From Promethearchaeota archaeon (GTDB lineage Archaea > Asgardarchaeota > Lokiarchaeia > Sigyniarchaeales > SOKP01): a stretch of DNA of 17,974 bases. Location: the NCBI GenBank assembly GCA_048938895.1, contig JBHLLU010000071.1, forward strand, positions 1 to 17,974, read 5' to 3'. The translations under genes were made by a program, and so were the position numbers. Below the pieces are notes generated by a model. It had not been told where the DNA came from. It did no database searches and saw only the letters and a list, made by a program, of their open reading frames with translations. Positions 1 to 7,675 of this stretch are shown here, piece after piece (position 1 is the first letter of the stretch; every line of letters starts with the position of its first letter).

Positions 1-542
1 GCCATTTGTTCCTCAGTAGGATTACCAAATTCCTCAAAATGAGCATTAACCATACTAACATATGAGCTTGCTGCCATCATTCCCATTGGATATTCATAGG
101 TCATGTCTGCGGAATAAGCAATAGAGTTTAATACCTCAGGTGTGGTAGTTCCTGTTTGTTCATCATAACAATCATTACATTTTTCCACTCCAATACATAA
201 ACACAAATCTGACAAGCCTGAAGAAACTTCTGCATATGCCATTCTCACTGTGTAGCCACCTGTAGCACCTCCTGATGCAATTCTGGTTCCAGGCTTATTA
301 TTCATCCCTATATAACTATTAACAAATATATCTGGCATAAATTGCCGCTCAAATAACTCGTTATAAATACCATATACCGTAGACTGCAGATCCTTATGAG
401 AGATCTCGGCACCACATTTATTAGCATCTTCTAGAGCCATTTTAGTTGCATCATAAGCTAGTTCGAAATATGTTTTGTCAAGGTAACGAGAACGGAAAGG
501 GGTGATGCCTATACCAATTATCGCAACTTTTGGTTTTCCCAT
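1..542 (-). CDS. Thiolase-fold protein (SCP2/Ltp-type thiolase-like), 5' part; runs off the left edge
   Basis: Manual translation from ATG (542-540): MGKPKVAIIGIGITPFRSRYLDKTYFELAYDATKMALEDA...KPGTRIASGGATGGYTVRMAYAEVSSGLSDLCLCIGVEKC...EEQMA, open to base 1. The VAIIGIG.T.F start, GVEK motif and EEQMA are typical of SCP2-type thiolases. GGTGA SD lies 7 nt upstream. Confidence 0.88.
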   Translation of the reverse strand, partial: MGKPKVAIIGIGITPFRSRYLDKTYFELAYDATKMALEDANKCGAEISHKDLQSTVYGIYNELFERQFMPDIFVNSYIGMNNKPGTRIASGGATGGYTVRMAYAEVSSGLSDLCLCIGVEKCNDCYDEQTGTTTPEVLNSIAYSADMTYEYPMGMMAASSYVSMVNAHFEEFGNPTEEQM

Positions 543-548
543 CTTTTA

Positions 549-554
549 ATCACC
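549..554 (-). promoter_or_regulatory. Shine-Dalgarno site (GGTGAT) of the thiolase-like gene
   Basis: The minus strand reads GGTGAT-TAAAAG-ATG. Confidence 0.75.
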
Positions 555-740
555 ATTATTTAATTTTTTACAATTAATTTAAATTAAATTAGGCAAAAAA
601 GTATTTAATATTTTAATTAATTTCATTTAGATTATTCGAATCTAATTTTTTTATTTGTTTAACTAACGGAATTGAGATTTATGTCTAATTTATAAATTAT
701 AAGAGATTGGATAAAATTTTAGTATTTATCTCAAAATAAT

Positions 741-1580
741 ATGAAAAAAATAATTTTAGGTAATACTGGAGAAGAAATTCCTATCTTAGGACAGGGACTT
801 TGGGGAATCTCACGTATCAAGGGTTATTTTAAGGGAAAAGAATACTATGAACAAATTAAAAAGACTTTAAAAAAAGGCATTGAATTAGGAATGACACATC
901 TCGACACTGCTGAATTCTATGGGAGAGGAAAAGCAGAACAAGTATTGGGGGAACTAATAAAAGATTACTCTCGAGAGGATTTATTTATCACAACCAAGCT
1001 ATTTCCAATTCATTTTACCACAAACTCCATAAGAAAAGCAGCAGATCATAGTTTAAACAGATTAGGACTTGATTATATTGATCTTTATTTGGTTCACTGG
1101 CCCTCTAGATTTATTTCAATAAAAAAAGAGATGAGAGTCTTTGAATCTTTAGTGAAAGAGGGAAAGACACGATATATTGGAGTAAGCAATTTCAGTGTTA
1201 AACAATTTAAAAAGGCTCAAGAGGCTCTAAAAACAGAACAACTTGTTAATAATCAACTTCATATTAATATAACGAACCAAAACTACATCCACCAATCCCT
1301 TTCTTATTATCAAAAAAATAAAATTACTGTAACTGCATATAGTCCACTTGCACATAGAGGTTATACTAATCTAAAAGGAGAAATAAAAGAAAATTTGGAA
1401 AGAATTGCCCAAAAATATGGTGTAACTATTCAACAAATAGCAATTGCATGGCTAATAAATCATAAAAACATTATTTCGATTCCTAAAGCATTCAAAATTA
1501 ATCATGTTGAAGATAATGCAAAAGCAGCAGAAATAAATTTAACTAAAGATGAAATTGAACTATTTTATAAATTTAAGTAA
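741..1580 (+). CDS. Aldo/keto reductase
   Basis: AKR motifs DTAEFYG (catalytic Asp/Tyr), FITTK (Lys), DLYLVHWP (His), IGVSNF, AYSPL and IPKA. Confidence 0.95.
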   Translation: MKKIILGNTGEEIPILGQGLWGISRIKGYFKGKEYYEQIKKTLKKGIELGMTHLDTAEFYGRGKAEQVLGELIKDYSREDLFITTKLFPIHFTTNSIRKAADHSLNRLGLDYIDLYLVHWPSRFISIKKEMRVFESLVKEGKTRYIGVSNFSVKQFKKAQEALKTEQLVNNQLHINITNQNYIHQSLSYYQKNKITVTAYSPLAHRGYTNLKGEIKENLERIAQKYGVTIQQIAIAWLINHKNIISIPKAFKINHVEDNAKAAEINLTKDEIELFYKFK

Positions 1581-1612
1581 ATAATTTATATTTTTAAAGT
1601 AGCCTATTTAAT

Positions 1613-2656
1613 TTATGAATTTTCGACGATTTTCAATTTACTTTTAGCACCGATCTTGTTAAATTCGCTTGGGTTGATTTCAATGTCTTTTCCTGTTAGA
1701 ACACTTAGGATTGTCGCTGTCAATATTCCCCAAGGACAAATAGAATTTACTAATTCTTCTGGTTCCATATAAGAACGAACAACAGCTGTTGAACAATTGA
1801 TAGATTCCACAGTTAATTCATTCTCAGAAAGCCATTCTACCTTTAATTTCTCTGCCATTCCTATTTCCGTAAATTTTTTCATGGCTACTCCTAGAGCATC
1901 ATTTAAATTAAATTTTTTTAATTCATCAAGATCAAGACCAATCCGTTTTGAATATCTTTCAAGAAATTCATATGTTTTAGGAAATACATATTTGTAAAGA
2001 ACCGGGGTTCCAACTAATTCTTTAGCGCTTCCCTCATAGCCAAATGTAATACCATGCAATATCATGGCAACTCCATGAAGATTCGTTCTTTCTGTTATTT
2101 CTCCGTAAATCTTGAAGTTATATGCTTTTACTAATGTGAAGAGTGTTACCCCAATAAAAATTGAGATTAATAAAGAGACTATATAATTGGGCATTAAAAT
2201 GGGTGTTGGAATTCCAACAGAAGGATTTACAAAAAAATAAAAATCAATGTTGCTGGTAAAATAAGCTAATCCCCATCCTAAAAATCCAATAGGTCCAATG
2301 AATTTTCCATATTTATAAATGAAATCTTTTTTATATCTAGCAATTAAAAATTTCATAGTGAATAAAGAGAAAGCAATGATTCCTCCTAAAAATGTGTGCC
2401 AAAAAATTGTTAAAATAGCAAAATCACTAAAATCATTTGGATTCAATCTTGGTATTACCGCAAAATAAATGCACAAGGCAGAAAGTAAATAAAAAATTGT
2501 TGCAGCCGTCCACCCAAATCTTTTATGTGCTTTTACTTCTAATAGTGTTAATTCCTTTAAATTTCTAATATGTGAAATTCCTATAGAAGCATTCACGAGG
2601 GCTAACCCGAAGCCGATTGTTGAGAGATACAGCATTAGGTGATTTAGAAAGACCAT
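1613..2656 (-). CDS. Membrane protein: about 5 TM helices (DUF6529/cytochrome b-like) fused to a soluble V4R/MetOD1-like domain; may start at ATT 2683
   Basis: Hydrophobic N-terminal half with His in AHKRFG and WHTFLG. The C-terminal half has the pattern IGM...ELTVESINC...ICPWG...LSVLTG seen in V4R-like domains. The CDS is solid; the domain names are tentative. Confidence 0.6.
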   Translation of the reverse strand: MVFLNHLMLYLSTIGFGLALVNASIGISHIRNLKELTLLEVKAHKRFGWTAATIFYLLSALCIYFAVIPRLNPNDFSDFAILTIFWHTFLGGIIAFSLFTMKFLIARYKKDFIYKYGKFIGPIGFLGWGLAYFTSNIDFYFFVNPSVGIPTPILMPNYIVSLLISIFIGVTLFTLVKAYNFKIYGEITERTNLHGVAMILHGITFGYEGSAKELVGTPVLYKYVFPKTYEFLERYSKRIGLDLDELKKFNLNDALGVAMKKFTEIGMAEKLKVEWLSENELTVESINCSTAVVRSYMEPEELVNSICPWGILTATILSVLTGKDIEINPSEFNKIGAKSKLKIVENS

Positions 2657-2867
2657 TTGTCCAAAAGTTAATTGAAGAATAATTTGTAAAAATCACCTTA
2701 GGTTGGTAAAATCAATATAAAATTTTTAACACTTTTTGAAAATTGTTAAAATAAATTAATCTTATTCTTTTGTTCCTTTTAATTTAACATTTTCATCAAA
2801 ATTAAAATTAATTAATTTTTAAATCTACTAGAAATTACACAAAATATTAGGGATAATACATTAACTT

Positions 2868-4367
2868 ATGACTAAGAAAAGCAATCCTATCATCGTCGGA
2901 GCTGCCCAATTTACTCAACGTAAAGGAACACCTAAACCTCTTGATTCACTTAGTTTAATGGCTAAAACGGGAAAAATCGCTATAGAGGATACACAAGTTA
3001 AAAACATTGTTGATTTCATAGATGCTATTTATATGGTAAATATAAGCTCATGGTCATATGAAGACGCTCCTGGTGAACTTGGTAATAGGCTTAAAATCAC
3101 ACCGAAAGAAAAAATTTATTTACCTGATGGGGGTCAAAGCCCTCAAATGTTAATTAATCAAGCTGCAAACGCAATTGCGACAGGAAAACATCGTGTTATC
3201 CTAATCACCGGTGGAGAAGCCGCATATGCTATACAAAAGATATTCAAAGGAGAAGCTCCTAAATATTGGCCAGAAAAAAAAGATCCAAAATACATTAGCG
3301 GGGAAAGATGGTCATTATCTCAAAATGTGGTAAGATATCAATTATATTTTCCAACTACATCATATGCCATTTTCGAAACAGCGTTAAGAGCAAATTCTAA
3401 ACGCAGTGTTGAAGAACATAAACTGTTTATGGGAAAGCTTTTCGAACGTTTTTCCAAGATTGCTTCGCAAAATCCATACAGTTGGACTCAAAAAGCTTAT
3501 ACTGCTGAAGAAATAATAACTCCCTCACCTGAGAATCGTCTTGTAGTATACCCTTATACTAAACGTATGTGCGCTAATAACTTCGTAGATCAGGCAGGAA
3601 CCGTTTTAATTACAGGTGAAGAAATTGCAAAATCCCTTAATATTGATAAAAGTAAATGGATATATATAACAGGAGGTGCAACTTTAAAAAATATTGATGA
3701 TATCACTCGACGTCCACGACTTTATGATTCTCCTGCAGCGCGAGAAGGAATGCGCCTTGCTTTGGAACAAGCTGGTTTAACATTAAGTGATATTGATAAG
3801 TTTGACTTGTATAGCTGTTTTCCGTCTATTGTTGAGATTTTTATGAATGAGTTGGGGATTAAAGAGAATGATCCTCGTGACCTAACACTTACAGGAGGAC
3901 TTCCATTTTTTGGTACTCCATTAAGTAATTATTCTTTACATGCCGTTATCAATACTGTTGAAGCTATTCGGACTAATCCTTCTCTAAAGGTTATGGTAAT
4001 AGCAAATGGGGGATACAATACTAAACAGTCAGTTGGAATCTATGGTACTAATCCCCCCGTGATACAATGGGGTACTCGAGATGACTCTAAAATCCAGAAT
4101 TCTATTTTACAAGAGATTTTACCTGAACCTATTGAAATGGCTAATGGAGAAATGATTGTTGAAGGATATTCAATGCTATATGAAAGATCTGGAGCGGTTA
4201 AGAGAGGAGTTGTTATTGGATTTCTTGAAAATGGAGAGCGTGCTATTGCTTTTGTAAATAATATAGAATTACTCAAGACGATTGAAAACCAAGAACTTGT
4301 GGGAAAAAAACTGAAGATCAAGTATGATGAAGAAATTGAACGAAATTTAGCGATTTCTATTGTTTGA
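2868..4367 (+). CDS. Thiolase-like protein (acetyl-CoA acetyltransferase PRK08257 / TLP1 type) with an extra C-terminal domain
   Basis: PIIVGAAQ start, GGQSPQ, ITGGEA, NR..YPYTKRM, VDQA, DLYSCFP and LTLTGGLPFFG motifs. The C-terminal about 80 aa (VEGYSMLYERSG...GERAIA) resembles the TLP1 add-on domain. Confidence 0.88.
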   Translation: MTKKSNPIIVGAAQFTQRKGTPKPLDSLSLMAKTGKIAIEDTQVKNIVDFIDAIYMVNISSWSYEDAPGELGNRLKITPKEKIYLPDGGQSPQMLINQAANAIATGKHRVILITGGEAAYAIQKIFKGEAPKYWPEKKDPKYISGERWSLSQNVVRYQLYFPTTSYAIFETALRANSKRSVEEHKLFMGKLFERFSKIASQNPYSWTQKAYTAEEIITPSPENRLVVYPYTKRMCANNFVDQAGTVLITGEEIAKSLNIDKSKWIYITGGATLKNIDDITRRPRLYDSPAAREGMRLALEQAGLTLSDIDKFDLYSCFPSIVEIFMNELGIKENDPRDLTLTGGLPFFGTPLSNYSLHAVINTVEAIRTNPSLKVMVIANGGYNTKQSVGIYGTNPPVIQWGTRDDSKIQNSILQEILPEPIEMANGEMIVEGYSMLYERSGAVKRGVVIGFLENGERAIAFVNNIELLKTIENQELVGKKLKIKYDEEIERNLAISIV

Positions 4368-4567
4368 TCTTAATGAAAAAATTAATTTCTCTGCAACCAT
4401 ATCAAATATCATAAAAATAAAGCTTAAATATAAATTCTATTATAAAAATTTTGTAGGATTTTGTATAATATTGTAATTTAGTAATTTTCGCTCATTAAAT
4501 ATACTAATCTTTATTTTTTACAAAAGTGTAACGAAAAGAGAGGTGTTATTTTATTTCTCAAGATGAA

Positions 4568-5212
4568 ATGAAGGATCTGACTGAAGGATTGGATGATAAA
4601 ATTGTCAAAGGATTACAAAACAAAGTATCTGAATATGAGGCTGAGATTTTTGACCTTAAGTCCACAATGACAAAAAAGGATGAAGAAATTAAAAGACTAG
4701 AAGAAAAAATAACGAATTTAAATTCTGAGCTAGAACAGGGGATGAGTAAATCATCAGAGCTTGAAAATCAGGTTAAGGATTTAAGTTCTTCAAAAGAAAG
4801 TATAAGTTCAGAATCGAGTAATTTAAAATCGCAAAATGAGGCACTAAATAATAAAATTGATGAACTAAACAATTCAATAACTGAAAAAGACTCAAAAATA
4901 GATGAGCTTAACAAATCTATTTCAGAAAAGAATGCTAAAATCCAAGAATTAACCAATTCAATTTCAGAAAAAGAAAAAATAGTTGAAGAACAAAAAGCCA
5001 GTTTAAATAGAGCTGAAGCTGAATTGGCTGAATTAAAACCAACAGCTCCAACAGAATATTCCAGCGAAGACAGATTAATGTGTCCTAGATGCGGTGCTGT
5101 AGGAAAAGATATCAAGTCTGAAGAAGATAAATCTAAGGTATTAGGTTATATTGGACATAGTCCATTATACTCCAAAAAAAACGTATGCAAGAAATGCGGT
5201 CAAGAGTTCTAA
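4568..5212 (+). CDS. Coiled-coil protein with C-terminal zinc ribbon; may start at ATT 4553
   Basis: About 155 aa of E/K/S/L heptad sequence, a Pro/Thr linker, then CPRC...CKKC ending in GQEF. Confidence 0.85.
   Translation: MKDLTEGLDDKIVKGLQNKVSEYEAEIFDLKSTMTKKDEEIKRLEEKITNLNSELEQGMSKSSELENQVKDLSSSKESISSESSNLKSQNEALNNKIDELNNSITEKDSKIDELNKSISEKNAKIQELTNSISEKEKIVEEQKASLNRAEAELAELKPTAPTEYSSEDRLMCPRCGAVGKDIKSEEDKSKVLGYIGHSPLYSKKNVCKKCGQEF
4853..4978 (+). repeat. Three degenerate 42-bp (14-aa) tandem repeats within the coiled coil
   Basis: KIDELNNSITEKDS / KIDELNKSISEKNA / KIQELTNSISEKEK, starting at 4853, 4895 and 4937. Confidence 0.85.
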
Positions 5213-5234
5213 TTTTATTTCCTTTCTATTTTTT
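5213..5234 (+). terminator. Probable oligo-T terminator
   Basis: TTTTATTTCCTTTCTATTTTTT follows the stop codon directly, between convergent genes. Confidence 0.5.
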
Positions 5235-5307
5235 AATAATTCTAAATCAGAAGCTCAGTTTAAATAAGTTAATTAAAAATAAATAGATTTAAAAATATAT
5301 ATTCAGT

Positions 5308-7092
5308 TTAATTTTCTTCCTTTCTTAATTCTCGTCTCAATATTTTACCGATTACTGACTTTGGTAGTTCTGGAACAATTTCAATTATTCTTGGATATTT
5401 AAATGGGCTTATATTTTTCTGACACCACTCCATAAGGTCTTCTTTAGATACTTTTCTTGTATATTCTGGTCTTAGAGAAATAAAAGCTTTTATTTCTTGA
5501 CCTGATTCGGGATCTGGAATCCCTATTACTCCAACTTCATTTACAGCTTCGTGCATATAAATCAAATCCTCAACTTCCGCAGGAAAAACGGCATGCCCTT
5601 TTCTTTTGATCATATCCCGCTTTCTATCTTTAATATGAAGGTATCCTTGACTATCTATACACCCAATATCAGCAGTATAATACCATATAGTGCCATCCGA
5701 ATCCGTTCTTAACGCAAATTCAGTTTCCTCCTTTCTTCCTAAATAGCCCAACATGACTTGGGGACCAGTTCCACAAATTTCTCCAATATACTGCTGTTTA
5801 TCTTCTCCACAATTCTCACAATTATCATTGGGACACTGTGGTTTTAATTGTACCCCTTCTTCAGCATCTACTATCTTTATTAAAGTATCTGATAAGGGAA
5901 ATCCAACTGTTCCAATTTTTTGAAGGGAACTAATAAATGGATTTATAGTAAGAATAGGTGAACATTCGCTCATTCCATACCCTTCTACAATCACAGATGC
6001 AGTAGTTGCTTCAAATTCATTTTTCACCTCTAAAGGTAATGCTGAAGCTCCGCTGACACAAGCAATAAGAGAAGTAAGCTTACCTTTGTATTTCGAGGAA
6101 TCTGGATCCTGATTAATCTTAATAAACAATGTGGGAACCGCTGGCATATATGTAGCTTTTTCCTTCCTAATAATATCCAAAATCTTAGATATCTTTTCTG
6201 GGGGTCGTGGAAGTAGTATCAATTTCCACCCTTCAGCAATAGAAACTGTCATTCCGATATTACCAAAAGCATGAGCAAGTGGTACTACTAATAGCATTCC
6301 ACCTTTTCCTTTAACTTCTTCCATTTCAGGTAATTGAGTAGTCGCCCAAGTAATAATTTGTTGGGTATTTGTGATCATATTGTAGTGAGATATCATTACA
6401 CCCTTTGGAACTCCTGTAGTTCCACCTGTATAAATTAAAATTGCCGGATCTTCTTTAACATTGATTTTTGCTTCAGGAAAGTTAATGGGAATTCCGTTTT
6501 GTAATACTCCTTGAAATTCATGAAACTCAATCTCCCCAATTTTTTTAGGCCAGTTTTTCATTCTTGGGACCTTTCTAAGAGCTACACCTAATTTCGCTTT
6601 AATTTTGGGTAAATACTCTGCTGTACCAGTCAAAACTATGTTCTTTAGGGTTGACATCCTTGTAAGATCTTTCCCAAGAAGATATTCTTCAAACAGGAAG
6701 TCTAAAATTATTAAAGTATTGGCTTTTGAATCATTTACTTGATGAACAATTTCTACATATCGATTAACAGGAAGAATGGGATTTGAAACGGCTCCGAGTC
6801 TAAGAATAGCCCAATGTGAAATAACATATTGAGGAACATTAGGCAAATCAATAGCCACGACATCACCTTTTTGAACTCCTAACTGAGAAAGACCTGTAGC
6901 AAACTGATCCACTAATGTATCTAACTCTTTATATGTCATTCTGAATCCCTCAAAAAATATAACCTCAGATTCAGGATATGTGTTAGCTGCTCTTTTTAGA
7001 AGTTCTCCCAGAGGTATTTCATCATATTCAATATGTTTTGGAACTACATCAGGCCAATTTTTATCCCAATATCGTATATCTTCTTGTTGCAT
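5308..7092 (-). CDS. Long-chain-fatty-acid--CoA ligase (FadD-like AMP-forming acyl-CoA synthetase)
   Basis: YTGGTTGVPKG P-loop, EGYGMSE, GPQVMLGY, TADIG, DRKRDMIK and PKSVIGKILRR. Confidence 0.95.
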   Translation of the reverse strand: MQQEDIRYWDKNWPDVVPKHIEYDEIPLGELLKRAANTYPESEVIFFEGFRMTYKELDTLVDQFATGLSQLGVQKGDVVAIDLPNVPQYVISHWAILRLGAVSNPILPVNRYVEIVHQVNDSKANTLIILDFLFEEYLLGKDLTRMSTLKNIVLTGTAEYLPKIKAKLGVALRKVPRMKNWPKKIGEIEFHEFQGVLQNGIPINFPEAKINVKEDPAILIYTGGTTGVPKGVMISHYNMITNTQQIITWATTQLPEMEEVKGKGGMLLVVPLAHAFGNIGMTVSIAEGWKLILLPRPPEKISKILDIIRKEKATYMPAVPTLFIKINQDPDSSKYKGKLTSLIACVSGASALPLEVKNEFEATTASVIVEGYGMSECSPILTINPFISSLQKIGTVGFPLSDTLIKIVDAEEGVQLKPQCPNDNCENCGEDKQQYIGEICGTGPQVMLGYLGRKEETEFALRTDSDGTIWYYTADIGCIDSQGYLHIKDRKRDMIKRKGHAVFPAEVEDLIYMHEAVNEVGVIGIPDPESGQEIKAFISLRPEYTRKVSKEDLMEWCQKNISPFKYPRIIEIVPELPKSVIGKILRRELRKEEN

Positions 7093-7205
7093 TTTTAGTC
7101 AAACTTATAATGTTAGTATTAAGTAAATATAATTGAATTCGATTATATTTAAATCTTTAAAAATTAGCCCTAATCTAAAGTAGAAATTAAGTACAAAGTA
7201 TAATT

Positions 7206-7643
7206 CTATATTCGCATTTTATAGAGGTTTTTATCAGGTACAAAGCTCATCATAATCAAATCGTTTCTTATCTGCCAGTCTAAATTCTTATAAAAGTTAA
7301 CAACCTCTTTATTATCTTTTTCAATAAACAAATGAATCTTATGTACTCCAATTTTGCGAAATCTATTAATCAATTCATCCATAATCATTTTTCCATACCC
7401 CTTTTTTTGATATATCGGATCTACAGCAAGATGATGAACATAACCCCTTCTTCCATCAAATCCTCCCATCACAATGGCAATTACTTTTTCATTTAATTTC
7501 CCAATTAACAAGAGGTTTGGGTTTCTTATTAGCATACTTTCAATTTCTTCTTCAGTGTCTGAGGAACCAACACTAATTCCTGCTTTTCTCCACAATTTCA
7601 CTACATTTCCGTAATATTTCATTGAATAATTTTCAATTTTCAT
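7206..7643 (-). CDS. GNAT acetyltransferase, YpeA-like
   Basis: GFDGRRGYVHHLAVDPIYQKKGYG (acetyl-CoA binding motif A) and N..V.NFY. Confidence 0.9.
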   Translation of the reverse strand: MKIENYSMKYYGNVVKLWRKAGISVGSSDTEEEIESMLIRNPNLLLIGKLNEKVIAIVMGGFDGRRGYVHHLAVDPIYQKKGYGKMIMDELINRFRKIGVHKIHLFIEKDNKEVVNFYKNLDWQIRNDLIMMSFVPDKNLYKMRI

Positions 7644-7675
7644 GATTTCTCATTTTTAGTATTAATTCTACATTC

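Noticed and set aside
4853-4978. 42-bp repeats as a CRISPR or mobile-element signature
   Set aside because: They are in-frame, degenerate at synonymous positions and have no spacers, so they are protein-level coiled-coil repeats.
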